Origin: Eledone cirrhosa
Lineage: Eukaryota
Reading direction: 5' to 3'
DNA: 64,000 nt
Assembly: GCA_964016885.1 (NCBI GenBank)
Contig: OZ024743.1
Span: 68,882,001-68,946,000, forward strand
Part shown: positions 1 to 13,369 of the stretch, piece by piece
Position numbering within the stretch: position 1 is the stretch's first letter
Layout: each line of letters begins with the position of its first letter
Made by a program: the position numbers and the translations under genes
Notes under the pieces: model-generated
Seen by the model: the letters and a program-made list of their open reading frames with translations, nothing else
Told to the model about the DNA's origin: nothing
Databases searched by the model: none

Positions 1-187
1 AACCTTAATAACATTAACAGCACCTCTAACACTACTAGCAGTAGCTCGTGTGTTGAGTTAAATCCGAAGACTCTGACATTAAGAAATGGTGACCTTTCTG
101 AAGTTTGTACATAACAACACAGCAAGATAGCACCAGCTTTTGGGGGTTAGTAAAAAAAATATGGAATGATGAGAATAATAGTAGTGA

Positions 188-762
188 CTAGCAGATTTAC
201 CCGGCGTTGCTCGGGGTTTAGAATTATGCTAAGAATATACAGCTAGGAAGTAAAAGAAGAACATTATTTGTCCCCAACCTGTCAAAATAAGCAGAAGACT
301 TCAATAATGAATGCAAACGAATATTTAGTGCAATCTTTGTACACATAAAATTATGCTTATAATAAAGGAAAACACTGAACAGGATGTAGTTATACAAATG
401 ATTAAAGACAAAACACGTTGCACATCTGTAAAAAAAACAGACAGTTTTGCTAAAGTACAAAAAGTTGTTCAAATGAATGTGATGTTTATATTTCTGAAAA
501 GTTGGTTATCTCCCTGTTATTATAAGGATTGTCAATAAAGTTTGTTTTCTCCCTTACATCAATTTTTCTACCGATAATTTTGATATCGATTTTTTATTGC
601 TCAACGTGGGTCGATTTGAAAAATGTTTGTGATGTGACAATCTTAGCGACCTCTGCAAGGTGCACACAAAAGTTGGTCAAGTTCAGTTGGTAATTGTAAA
701 AGCCTTATGTATGCAAAGTTGTACACAGACACACATAAATCCTCGCTTTTATATATACAAAG
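188..762 (-). mobile_element. Non-autonomous Helitron-like element
   Basis: Minus strand ends in hairpin CCCGAGCAACGCCGGG followed by ...CTAG|T. The 5' region reads TATATATAAAAGCGAGG-ATTTATGTGTGTCTGTG, a typical Helitron start. The 5' boundary is approximate. Confidence 0.6.
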
Positions 763-764
763 GC

Positions 765-940
765 AATAATAATGGTGATAATAATAGTGGTGATAATAAT
801 AGTGGTGATAGTAATAGTGGTGACAATAATAGTGATAATGGTAATAGTGATAATAATAAGAATTATAATAATTGTTTCTACTTTTGGCACAAGTAGTAGT
901 TGTAGTAGTGGTGATAGTGGTAGTGGTTGTGGTGTAAGTT

Positions 941-986
<46 letters not shown>

Positions 987-1099
987 GGCGGGTGATAGTG
1001 TTTGTGGTGGTTTTGGTAGTTGTGGTTGCAGTAGTTGTAGTGGAAGATGTATAGTAGTGGTGGTCTGATAGCAGTAGTATTAATAGTGTGGTGGTGGTC

Positions 1100-1192
<93 letters not shown>
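765..1192. repeat. (TAG)n/(TGG)n/(TAA)n trinucleotide low-complexity tract
   Basis: Direct reading. Source of the poly-Thr/poly-Leu pseudo-ORFs. Confidence 0.95.
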
Positions 1193-1998
1193 AGGTAACT
1201 GAAGTACTGAATGTGAGATGGGAGGTGGGAGATCGGAGATGGAGAGAGTGGATAAATGAGGAGCAGAATGTTAGAGAGTGGGGGGAAGAGAAAGTAAAAG
1301 CGTGTAAGTATAAGGACTGAAAGAGTTGGCATGAATGGGGGAGGAATGATTTAGAGACGGTGGCAGAGGAGAGGGGAGTTAAGAAGGAGGTCGGAGACGC
1401 AGGTTGTAGATGAGAGAGGGAGATAGAGAGAGTGCATAAGAAGGGGAACAATAGATAGATTATGAGGAGTAGGATATAGAGGAGTAGGATTATATGAGAT
1501 AGGCAAAGGGAAAGATAGAGACAGAGGTAGAGAAGGGGTGGAGAGAAATAGAGAGAAAAAGATATAGGGTTTCGAATATGGAGGATAGAAGTGAGTGTAA
1601 GATAAAGGGGAAAAAGTTGAGAGAGTTAATTGGAGTAGAATTGTGGGGTCATGTGTGTGGTGTCGTATAGGTGGCCAATTGGCAGAGTCGCTAGAACGTC
1701 GCCATTCCAGGTCGATAAATGAAACTACCGATCTAGTACTGGGATCGATTATTCTTGTATATCCTATTTTCATTTACATTCTCTGATTCTATATCGTTAT
1801 TTCAAATAATTATGTTGTATTTGGACCCGGAGAGGAATGGGCAATGCCAGGTTTTAAAAAGACATTCAGAGGTCGTTAAAGTTAATAGTCACTACTAAAG
1901 CGTGATTTTGTTACTCGGAGATTTATCCATCTGTATCGTAGAGGCCTCCAAACGCGATCATTTTTCATATTGCACAATGCTTCAAGCAAGCTACAACA

Positions 1999-2051
<53 letters not shown>

Positions 2052-2053
<2 letters not shown>

Positions 2054-3417
2054 TAATAATATTATTTATACTTATATATGAGTTATATATAATTATAAAT
2101 ATGAAAGGGTAGTATGCTGTACAACCCGATTACCGGTAAGAGAAATAGGTCATTGTAAATTATCAGATTTATTACAGAGCAGAGATACAATATATAAAAC
2201 AATCATTTATTTGCTTAATACATTAAATTTCTAACGATCGTTTCTTCCAGAAATTGTCTGGATTTATCGGTGCTTACACAATGTTTAAACCTTTACTTTA
2301 CGCCCAACATCAACATTTCTATATTAACTCTAATATAAACATTTTTTAATGCTACTAACTTTTCTTATTTTACATATATTATTCGCACTAGCAGAAAAAC
2401 CACCGTACCGGTGGTTTTCTGCTAGCATGTGTAGTGTGTATATTGATATCATAGACGCATATATATGCATGTAGATATGATACATCAACTAAAATCGTAA
2501 TTGACAATATACACAGAAATTGAACGAAGTCTATGTTACACTGTCTTCAGTAATCAGTAACATAATCCACGATACATTTAAAAAAGATGGTATTATATAT
2601 AAACTGCATTAGGAGAAAATTAGCAACGGAAATATATGCGATATTTTTTATAAGTGTTATAATATAACGGTCGCTAACCGGAAGTGTTGACATTTGAAAA
2701 TTTTGAAGAAGTGAATTTTAAAGGTTTTTAAATAAGCTATAAAATATATTTAATCAACAGCCACGAAATTTAGCACATAAATTATGTAATATGCATTCAT
2801 TATTTATTCAAAGTAATCCAACTTATTTTACAAACGGGGTAAAAAAATATATTCTGGACGCAATCCCGCACTCCTTTCTTTATTATAGTTAAGATTACAT
2901 AACATTTATACATCCTATCATTACGTATCTATTTTTACCATAATGCTTGCCATTTTTAACATACTGTATGTAATAAGCTTGTTATATTCACCTTCTGCCT
3001 GATCTCACGCATGTTTTTTATTAATATTCTGTATATTTTCCTTATAACACCTTTCAATGCTATGATATCTTTTTACTGTAATATGTATTTGCTTGATATC
3101 TTTTTGCACTTGTATTACATTTATGCATAACTTCTCTATAATTTGCTTATTATAATCACTTTAAGTAATAATCTCTTCACAACATCTCCCAATATTTTGC
3201 TACCTGTTTACTATAATATCATTTTGTTACCCTTGATTTTCAATATGATGTCATTGACACTGTTCATAATATCGTACCTTAATGAATGTTCTAAAAACTA
3301 GGAATGAAATTACTTGTTTAAACATTGTGTAAGCTCCGATGATTCCAGACAATTATCTGGAAGAAATGATCGTAAGCAATTAAATGCATTAAGCAAACAT
3401 TTGATTGTTTTCTATTT

Positions 3418-3420
<3 letters not shown>
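2052..3420. mobile_element. (TA)n-flanked Penelope-type inverted element with degenerate hammerhead in both arms, interrupted by a Helitron
   Basis: ~2195-2290 is the reverse complement of ~3317-3412. The right arm reads GCT-CCGATGA-TTCCAGA..TCTGGAA-GAAA-TGATCG-TA-AGC. Confidence 0.6.
2388..2894 (-). mobile_element. Non-autonomous Helitron family H1
   Basis: Minus strand A|TCTTAACTATAATAA...GCAGAAAACCACC..GGTGGTTTTTCTG-CTAG|T. Homologous to 8160-8657 and 56515-56960. Confidence 0.8.
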
Positions 3421-3462
<42 letters not shown>

Positions 3463-3549
3463 TGTACAGATTAAAGTTTAAGCAAAGAGTGGCTGCTTTC
3501 ACCCTCTTAGGGGAAATTCTCAAATTATTAATACTATATATAGAGATAC

Positions 3550-3631
<82 letters not shown>

Positions 3632-3788
3632 TGGAATAAATGCTCTGAAATAGCGATATATATGTGAATATAGACATAGAATATTCGAAAATATTCTGTA
3701 TGTTTATAATAAACATTTTGAAGACCTAATCGCTATAGAATAGAATACGTCACGTATTACAATTAGATTCTCGATAAAAGCAAGGGAA

Positions 3789-3831
3789 GTAATCTACGCG
3801 TTTCATTCTCGTTAGAAATCATCAGGACTAC
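3789..3831 (-). ncRNA. Minimal type I hammerhead ribozyme (repeats at 4099, 4409, 4719, 5029, 5339)
   Basis: Reverse complement GTAGTC-CTGATGA-tTTCTaacgAGAAt-GAAA-CGCG-TA-GATTAC. Helix I is GTAGTC/GATTAC and helix III is the palindrome ACGCGT. Confidence 0.85.
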
Positions 3832-5854
3832 ATATCCAGTGCTTTTATCGAGAATGACACAGCTAGAGACTTATAGAATACTTAGCTGTGTACAGGAACT
3901 GGTTTGAAAGAGCGGTTGCCGGTCCGGCAGAAATTAGAAATTGGAATAAATGCTCTGAAATAGCGATATATATGTGAATATAGACATAGAATATTCGAAA
4001 ATATTCTGTATGTTTATAATAAACATTTTGAAGACCTAATCGCTATAGAATAGAATACGTCACGTATTACAATTAGATTCTCGATAAAAGCAAGGGAAGT
4101 AATCTACGCGTTTCATTCTCGTTAGAAATCATCAGGACTACATATCCAGTGCTTTTATCGAGAATGACACAGCTAGAGACTTATAGAATACTTAGCTGTG
4201 TACAGGAACTGGTTTGAAAGAGCGGTTGCCGGTCCGGCAGAAATTAGAAATTGGAATAAATGCTCTGAAATAGCGATATATATGTGAATATAGACATAGA
4301 ATATTCGAAAATATTCTGTATGTTTATAATAAACATTTTGAAGACCTAATCGCTATAGAATAGAATACGTCACGTATTACAATTAGATTCTCGATAAAAG
4401 CAAGGGAAGTAATCTACGCGTTTCATTCTCGTTAGAAATCATCAGGACTACATATCCAGTGCTTTTATCGAGAATGACACAGCTAGAGACTTATAGAATA
4501 CTTAGCTGTGTACAGGAACTGGTTTGAAAGAGCGGTTGCCGGTCCGGCAGAAATTAGAAATTGGAATAAATGCTCTGAAATAGCGATATATATGTGAATA
4601 TAGACATAGAATATTCGAAAATATTCTGTATGTTTATAATAAACATTTTGAAGACCTAATCGCTATAGAATAGAATACGTCACGTATTACAATTAGATTC
4701 TCGATAAAAGCAAGGGAAGTAATCTACGCGTTTCATTCTCGTTAGAAATCATCAGGACTACATATCCAGTGCTTTTATCGAGAATGACACAGCTAGAGAC
4801 TTATAGAATACTTAGCTGTGTACAGGAACTGGTTTGAAAGAGCGGTTGCCGGTCCGGCAGAAATTAGAAATTGGAATAAATGCTCTGAAATAGCGATATA
4901 TATGTGAATATAGACATAGAATATTCGAAAATATTCTGTATGTTTATAATAAACATTTTGAAGACCTAATCGCTATAGAATAGAATACGTCACGTATTAC
5001 AATTAGATTCTCGATAAAAGCAAGGGAAGTAATCTACGCGTTTCATTCTCGTTAGAAATCATCAGGACTACATATCCAGTGCTTTTATCGAGAATGACAC
5101 AGCTAGAGACTTATAGAATACTTAGCTGTGTACAGGAACTGGTTTGAAAGAGCGGTTGCCGGTCCGGCAGAAATTAGAAATTGGAATAAATGCTCTGAAA
5201 TAGCGATATATATGTGAATATAGACATAGAATATTCGAAAATATACTGTATGTTTATAATAAACATTTTGAAGACCTAATCGCTATAGAATAGAATACGT
5301 CACGTATTACAATTAGATTCTCGATAAAAGCAAGGGAAGTAATCTACGCGTTTCATTCTCGTTAGAAATCATCAGGACTACATATCCAGTGCTTTTATCG
5401 AGAATGACACAGCTAGAGACTTATAGAATACTTAGCTGTGTACAGGAACTGGTTTGAAAGAGCGGTTGCCGGTCCGGCAGAAATTAGAAATTGGAATAAA
5501 TGCTCTGAAATAGCGATATATATGTGAATATAGACATAGAATATTCGAAAATATTCTGTATGTTTATAATAAACATTTTGAAGACCTAATCGCTATAGAA
5601 TAGAATACGTCACGTATTACAATTAGATTCTCGATAAAAGCAAGGGAAGTAATCTACGCGTTTCATTCTCAAACATACAGAATATTTTCGAATATTCTAT
5701 GTCTATATTCACATATATATTGCTATTTCAGAGCATTTATTCCAATTTCTAATTTCTGCCGGACCGGCAACCGCTCTTTCAAACCAGTTCCTGTACACAG
5801 CTAAGTATTCTATAAGTCTCTAGCTGTGTCATTCTCGATAAAAGCACTGGATAT

Positions 5855-5897
5855 GTAGTCCTGATGATTTCTAACGAGAATGAAACGCGTAGATTAC
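5855..5897 (+). ncRNA. Minimal type I hammerhead ribozyme (repeats at 6165, 6475, 6785)
   Basis: GTAGTC CTGATGA TTTCTAACGAGAAT GAAA CGCG TA GATTAC, enclosed by the 15-bp inverted repeat ATTCTCGATAAAAGC/GCTTTTATCGAGAAT. Confidence 0.85.
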
Positions 5898-6947
5898 TTC
5901 CCTTGCTTTTATCGAGAATCTAATTGTAATACGTGACGTATTCTATTCTATAGCGATTAGGTCTTCAAAATGTTTATTATAAACATACAGAATATTTTCG
6001 AATATTCTATGTCTATATTCACATATATATCGCTATTTCAGAGCATTTATTCCAATTTCTAATTTCTGCCGGACCGGCAACCGCTCTTTCAAACCAGTTC
6101 CTGTACACAGCTAAGTATTCTATAAGTCTCTAGCTGTGTCATTCTCGATAAAAGCACTGGATATGTAGTCCTGATGATTTCTAACGAGAATGAAACGCGT
6201 AGATTACTTCCCTTGCTTTTATCGAGAATCTAATTGTAATACGTGACGTATTCTATTCTATAGCGATTAGGTCTTCAAAATGTTTATTATAAACATACAG
6301 AATATTTTCGAATATTCTATGTCTATATTCACATATATATCGCTATTTCAGAGCATTTATTCCAATTTCTAATTTCTGCCGGACCGGCAACCGCTCTTTC
6401 AAACCAGTTCCTGTACACAGCTAAGTATTCTATAAGTCTCTAGCTGTGTCATTCTCGATAAAAGCACTGGATATGTAGTCCTGATGATTTCTAACGAGAA
6501 TGAAACGCGTAGATTACTTCCCTTGCTTTTATCGAGAATCTAATTGTAATACGTGACGTATTCTATTCTATAGCGATTAGGTCTTCAAAATGTTTATTAT
6601 AAACATACAGAATATTTTCGAATATTCTATGTCTATATTCACATATATATCGCTATTTCAGAGCATTTATTCCAATTTCTAATTTCTGCCGGACCGGCAA
6701 CCGCTCTTTCAAACCAGTTCCTGTACACAGCTAAGTATTCTATAAGTCTCTAGCTGTGTCATTCTCGATAAAAGCACTGGATATGTAGTCCTGATGATTT
6801 CTAACGAGAATGAAACGCGTAGATTACTTCCCTTGCTTTTATCGAGAATCTAATTGTAATACGTGACGTATTCTATTCTATAGCGATTAGGTCTTCAAAA
6901 TGTTTATTATAAACATACAGAATATTTTCGAATATTCTATGTCTATA

Positions 6948-7016
<69 letters not shown>

Positions 7017-7435
7017 ACACATGTGTGTATGTGTGCATCTGCCTCTGTGTATGTGTTCATGCATATATTAACGAACAGTTGCGTGTTGGACCGCTGTAAG
7101 TTGTGACAATGTGTGTGGTAATTGTTTGAACAACGAAACCTTATTCGCTTGATATTAATGTATTGCAGCAAGTTAAACGTAAATGTGGAGATTCTTTCAT
7201 CATGACTTCTAATTTCATACAATTAATGATCAATTTTATGTTGATAATGAATAATATCAATAAGGATAATCTCATAGATTTTCAACAGTCACGTAATGTC
7301 GTTTCTAAAACTACGAATTGAAAATAAAAATTATATTTACTTTCTTTTAAATATCATCTTTATAATAGCATATTAAACCTTCGAAATTGTTTATTTGCCA
7401 AATGGCTTTAAACCTTATGAATTATTTAGGGTATG

Positions 7436-7640
7436 AGGACAGTGGTGGATTGCCTGAGTCTTTAGAACGAGGGATAAATGCTTACTTCTATTTGTTCCGG
7501 CATTTTATGTTCTGAGTTCGAATCCTGTCGAGATCAGCTTATCTTTCACCTTTCTGAGGTCGATTAAATAAGAATCAGTTAAGTATATAAGTCCTTCCCC
7601 CAAATGTTTCGCCTTCTTCCAATATTACAAATAATTGTGA
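7436..7640 (+). mobile_element. Degenerate tRNA-derived SINE (octopus OK-like)
   Basis: GGTGGATTG A-box-like head, GAGTTCGAATCC B-box, then CTTTCACCTT..GGTCGATTAAATAAG core shared with 24600-24998. Confidence 0.6.
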
Positions 7641-7664
7641 AGTTTATTAGAAACTGTATTTCAG

Positions 7665-8046
7665 GGTGCATTAAACTATTGCTGTGTCACCCACCAACGA
7701 AAGGTAATTTCAGCTAACTCCCACAATTTCTGTGAATTAATTTCTTTTGTTCAAAATCTTCTCTTAATGATGTGTATTGATTAAGACGAATCGTATTGAA
7801 TGATATCAATTAATCGACGTCGGTCAATGAAAGGCACGCCACATTCATTACGTTAACCTGTAAATGTTTAATTCATTCACAGAAACGAGTACCTTTAACA
7901 GAATTCTTGGGCAGAATCGGCATGACATAGTGAGCGATGAAGCTGGACCTTCAAATTACAATTACCGTCCACCAGACGGGCCATCAAACAGTTTCACATT
8001 ACCCAATTTCCCCCAAGAAAATATGACAAAAGACATTTACCCATAA
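7665..8046 (+). CDS. Candidate host exons 7665-7703 and 7883-8046 (unknown protein C-terminus)
   Basis: tttcag|39 nt|gtaatt and ttcacag| acceptor are phase-compatible and give ...CIKLLLCHPPTKETSTFNRILGQNRHD...DIYP*. No recognisable family. Confidence 0.25.
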
Positions 8047-8159
8047 TCCCCCCCCCCCCCCAGTAGGATTTGAAGCAAAACTTAATACTTATGAAGTAAA
8101 TTTCTTAAATATTCGGCTATGTCGGCGTCAGTATTTACTTTATGCGACAGTTATATATA

Positions 8160-8657
8160 CTAGCAGAAAAACTACCTTTCGGGTGGTTTTCTGCTAGCAT
8201 GTGTAATGTGCATATTGTTATTATATGCAAATATATATACATATAGATATAATACATCAAATAAAATCATAATTGACAATATACACAGAAATTGAACGAA
8301 GTCTGCGTTACACTTTCTTATGTAATCAGTAACGTAATCCATGGTACATAAAAAAGACGATATTATATATATATAAACTGCATTAGGAAAAAAATTAATG
8401 ACGGAAATATATGCATGTTTATATAAGCGATCACTAACCGGAAGCGTTGACATTTGAAAATTTTAAGAAGTGAATCTTAAAATAACCAACAAAATTATTT
8501 ATATTTACTCAAGAATTACGAAATTTAGTAGAAAAATTGTTAATATTCATTCATCATTTATTCAAAGTAATCCAAATTATTTTACAAATGGGATAAAAAA
8601 AATATATATTCTGGATGCAGTCCCGCACTCCTTTTTTTTTTATTATTATAGTTAAGA
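8160..8657 (-). mobile_element. Non-autonomous Helitron family H1
   Basis: Same TC...hairpin-CTAG termini and body as 2388-2894. Confidence 0.8.
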
Positions 8658-8867
8658 TTTTTTTAAAGACGGCAGATTGTTCCTTGAAAGTGATTTCACT
8701 ACTATTTGTAACAAGTCAAGCGACCTAGAACGATATAATCTTTAGTGACCACTGAGTATGTGGTATACTGTCTTATAGTGTAGTGTTGTTCTGGGGATTC
8801 TAGCATGGAAACAGAAAGATAAAGAAAATATTTCAAACACAATTGGTTCTTATACACTATTCTCTCT

Positions 8868-8939
<72 letters not shown>

Positions 8940-9699
8940 TCTCACTCCCTCTTCCCCACCCCCTCACTCTCTAAAAATCAAATTGTAAAGCAATATGAAT
9001 TGATGAACTTTGGTAAACATTACGTTCCTAAATGTCATGTCAGAATCTCTATATGTTCGATTTTTACAATTTTCAAACAGATTTTAGTAAATGTTGAATA
9101 CAACACAAAGGTAACAATACGAGATAAAGTGCAAGTATACTAAGCATCATCGATTACATATACATACACATACTTTATGAGCTTAATGTTTTTGTTCACT
9201 GTCACGCAGAGGAGATATTGTAGAAGTAGGAGGCTGTCAAATGACAAATAGAGAGGGGATGATTGACTAATGAAATGAAAGTGAGTGGAAGAATGAGGTG
9301 TTTATCATCAGGCACACAGTGTCAAACAGGCAAAGAGGGAGAGGAGTGAGTGAATGAGAGCATACAAATGAGAGTGGGTAATCGTGATTCTTTCGTGTTC
9401 AATCGTGTAATTTTGGAACTAATATTGTGATGCAAATATTGATAATTGCCCGTAAAGCTTTTCTCCTATTTTGTTGTAATTTCTTTTGTAAATATGGTAT
9501 CATCATTTTTAATTAAACCGTTATAACTACCACTAAAATGTTCGCCGTTGCCAGCAAACACGGGCGATAAAGAATCAACTTAAATATGGAATGATATCGA
9601 ATATAATCATCGAGAGTGTTAAGAGTTTCATTACCGAATATTTCTGTTCTTTAAATGCTGTTATTATTGATTGACAAGATTACAATTAAAAACGAATCA

Positions 9700-10345
9700 A
9701 TAAATCTCACCGCGGTCAACATGTGCCTTTCATCATTCCGAGATCGATAAATATAAAATACCAGTTAAGTATTGGGATCGATATAATCGACATTCTTCAC
9801 ATTATTGAACGCCTGTTCAAAGTTAGAAACAATTGTTGATAGACAAGATTAGAATAAAAATCCAATCAATAAATTCAACCGCGGTCAATTTTGCTCTTCA
9901 TCATTTCGATAAAGGAAAGTGCCAGTTAAGTACTGAGATCGATATAAGTGACATTCCTCAAATTACTTGATTGTTAGAATGATAGAAAAAATTGTGGATA
10001 GTCAAAAGAAAAATTAAAATCTATTCAATAGATCCTGCCAAGGTCAACTTTGCAATTCATGTTCAGGGGAAGATAAAAGAAAGTACCAGTCATGTACGGT
10101 GGTCGATGTATCATAAATAACCTCCACACAAATTGTTGATAGTGTACTCTGAATTAGAAATCGTTATTCATTGTCAAAAGTAGAATTAGAAATAAATATA
10201 AATTACGCCGAGGTCAACTTTGTCTTTCATCCATCTGTACTGGATGAAATATATGACAATACAAGGCACGTACTGTGTCAATTTAATAGCCACCGCCCAC
10301 CACTTTTAAAAAGAAATTACTGGTCAGGTACCTAAATTAGAAACC
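9700..10345 (+). repeat. Four diverged tandem copies (~165 bp period) of the SINE core/tail
   Basis: CCG(C/A)GGTCAACTTTG..TTTCATC..GATAAA..GTACCAGT motif near 9710, 9879, 10037 and 10207. Confidence 0.65.
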
Positions 10346-10496
10346 CTTAGTGATAGTCAAGATAAAAATTAAGAAATAATTATTATGGATAATAGAAATG
10401 AAACCAACACAATATTATAGTAATACTTTCCATCAGATTCAGCAAATCACGTTAAGGGTGAAAGCACTGATTCTTTCCTTAAACTTTAATCTGTTC

Positions 10497-10551
<55 letters not shown>

Positions 10552-10590
10552 ACTTGGGATTTAATTAGGCTTTTTTATCTTGTCGATCAA

Positions 10591-10634
<44 letters not shown>

Positions 10635-11049
10635 CAAGCAATCATCCCAGAGTATTACTGGTACTTTATTTTATCGACCCCCGTAAGGAGGAACGGCATA
10701 GTTAACCTCGGCGGGATTTGAACTCAAAATCAAGGGTAATCTCCTAGAAACATTAGTGTCTGCCGTTCTGTTTATATGCCAACACAAGAGCAACGGCAAG
10801 AATGTCGGAATCATTCTTGTCACATGACTTAAAGAGGCTGTTTGCATAATTTCAAATCGTATATGATTATTAATATTCGAAAAACTCAGATTTACATTTA
10901 TATATGCAGATATAATTAGAAAGTGAAAAACACAAGATATAACTATTCCATTACCACAGGCTCCAGGACCCTAGACAGTATGTTACATACGTCTAGTTCG
11001 TTCATCAGACAGAGGGATTATGAAATATATGAAAATGCGAACATATACG

Positions 11050-11082
<33 letters not shown>

Positions 11083-11502
11083 TAAAATAACATATTAAAG
11101 TTTAAGCAAAGAATCGCTGCTTTCACTCTTAACAGGATCTTCTTAAGCAAAAAAAAAGTTAATCTGTGAACGCAGAAGTAAATATTTCAAAAAACATTGC
11201 AGCCGAAGAAAGAGAGGAAGACGATATTTTGGTTCGTGGAAAGGTTCCCTGGCAAAGAACGGAAAAAAATGTATCCTTATCGAGCACTCTTTGGATTTTA
11301 GTCTTCAAATTTATTATTATTACTGTATATATATATGAAGTGTTTCCGTGGGAAAGGTAAAGGGAAGGAGACTGCTCTGTGTAGGCTACAGAGCTATTTA
11401 GTTATGTAATAAACAACATAAGACAATTATTCCATGAATCGAATAAATGTCTTATGCTGTTTATTACATAACTATATATATGTGAGTGTGTGTGTGTATG
11501 TT

Positions 11503-11534
<32 letters not shown>

Positions 11535-11556
11535 TGTATGTATGTATATATATAAC

Positions 11557-12134
11557 ATGTATCCCAGTACAACCTGTCTCATGGTCGGGTCGTTGGCGAC
11601 TAAACTGGCAACCCCACCAAGGTTTCTTGGTGAGGAGGGTGACTTTGGACATCCTGCAGGACTAAAAACAAAACCTGTCAAAGGGCAAGGGAGCTCTTAA
11701 GAGTCAATAGCCATCCAAAATCACCGGGAGAGATGACCCCTTAGCCTTTGTCAAGGCAGAATTCTAGGAGAAGGAAAACTCTGATATAACACCTGCAACC
11801 CTGATGGTATCCAATGATGTTGACTTGTTCTTCTTTTTGGTAAATATCATCTTGGTTAAGAGAGTGGGACTGGCTTTGTGCAGTGCCTTTGCTCACTATA
11901 AAAGCTTCACAGCACAGGCATTGCTTTATATCTGGAGATCTCTCTGCACTTGTCATCACATGGTACCATGGGCCCTGCACTATGTGTCAATAATGGTCAC
12001 AAGTGTAGTCTTTGTACCAGAGTTTTCAAGTCGCTGGCTGGACTAAAAAGTCACACTCGTTCAGCTCATCGGTAGGGGTTCTCCTACATGGATATAAAGT
12101 AGTGGCCGTACTCGAAAACGAGTTGGCAGCCACC

Positions 12135-12187
<53 letters not shown>

Positions 12188-12791
12188 CATATATATGTGT
12201 GTGTGTGTATGTATATATGTATCCCAGTACATCCTGTCTCATGGTCGGGTCGTTGGCGACTAAACTGGCAACCCCACCAAGGTTTTTTGGTAAGGATGGT
12301 GACTTTGGACATCCTGCAGGACTAAAAATCAAACCTGTCAAAGGGCAAAGGAGCTCTTAAGAGTCAATGGCCATCCAAAATCACCGGGAGAGATGACCCC
12401 TTAGCCTTTGTCAAGGCAGAATTCTAGGAGAAGGAAAACTCTGATATAACACCTGCAACTCTGATGGTATCCAATGATGTTGACTTTTTTCTTCTTTTTG
12501 GTAAATCATCTTGGTTAAGAGAGTGGGACTGGCTTTGTGCAGTGCCTTTGCTCACTATAAAAGCTTCACGGCACAGGCATTGCTTTATATCTGGAGATCT
12601 CTCTGCACTTGTCATCACATGGTATCATGGGCCCAGCACTATGTGTCAATATTTGTCACAAGTGTAGTGTTTGTACCAGAGTTTTCAAGTCGCTGGCTGG
12701 ACTAAAAAGTCACACTCGTTCAGCGCATCGATAGGAGTTCTCCTACATGGATATAAAGTAGTGGCCGTACTCAAAAGCGAGTTGGCAGCCA

Positions 12792-12793
<2 letters not shown>
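11557..12793 (+). mobile_element. Two tandem copies (11557-12135, 12218-12793) of a bipartite non-autonomous RTE-derived element
   Basis: RTE-type 5'UTR motif CTAGGAGAAGGAAAACTCTGA is joined to an RTE-like C-terminal C2H2 finger HKCSLCTRVFKSLAGLKSHTR (11998-12063). A TA/TG microsatellite separates the copies. A third copy is at 20405-21015. Confidence 0.65.
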
Positions 12794-12827
<34 letters not shown>

Positions 12828-12828
<1 letters not shown>

Positions 12829-13360
12829 AATAATGGAGCTGCGGCGCTGCAAATGGGTTTCATATGAAAAAGTTTGTCCTCATCAGTGGCCATCCAACCG
12901 TCGTAGGCATTTCGTCGCATTAAAGGCCATATACATCAGGTTGGTGCGTGCAACGGCTAAAAAAGTGTCGTTGGGACACGTAAATAAAGGGGACGTTAGG
13001 GTAAACAAACAAAATGGTTTAAGCAGCAGAAAGAGAGGAAGAAGGAAACAAGTCCCAGATTTCTATGAATATAAATTCAGTGGAATCGTGAACGAGAGAA
13101 TAAAGATCATCAAACCTGGTTGAAATGTGAGCAAGGAAGGAATTTCGCACAGGTCTAACGGGAGGAAGAAGGGGTCTGGTCTGCGAATTCGGTAAACATA
13201 AGTTCTGTGAAATCGCAGACGAGAGAGAGAGAGAAAAAAAATTCATGTCCGAAAAAAAAAAGTGTCCGCGAGAAAAGGATTGTGGACAGGTCAAACGGGA
13301 AGAAAGGGGAGGAGGAGAGGTAGTGACAGAGAGTGAGTGAGGGAAAGGTGAGGAAGAGGC
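12828..13360. mobile_element. (TA)n-associated interspersed repeat (family also at 17575-18232 and 31879-32915)
   Basis: Shared blocks CCTCATCAGTG, GTCGTTGGGACACGTAAATA and GAATTTCGCACAGGTCAAACGG. Confidence 0.65.
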
Positions 13361-13369
13361 TATATATAT

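Larger units (their letters stand above)
3628..6950. repeat. 310-bp tandem array with internal inversion (about 6.6 units, then about 4.1 inverted units); retrozyme-like
   Basis: TTGGAATAAATGCTCTG recurs at 3631, 3941, 4251, 4561, 4871, 5181, 5491. The orientation switches at 5670/5671, with reverse units at 5671, 5981, 6291, 6601, 6911. (TA)n flanks both sides. Confidence 0.97.

Noticed and set aside
643-1332. Mucin-like poly-Thr ORF and other long YI/HT/CV/VV/PP ORFs in the track
   Set aside because: These are translations of simple microsatellites with no splice or domain support.
3628-6950. CRISPR-like array
   Set aside because: Units are identical over their full 310 bp with no unique spacers, there are no cas genes, and the context is eukaryotic.
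12855-12890. CTGATGA in the 12828/17575/31879 family as a hammerhead
   Set aside because: The core heptamer is conserved, but I could not build consistent helix II, GAAA and helix I across the copies.
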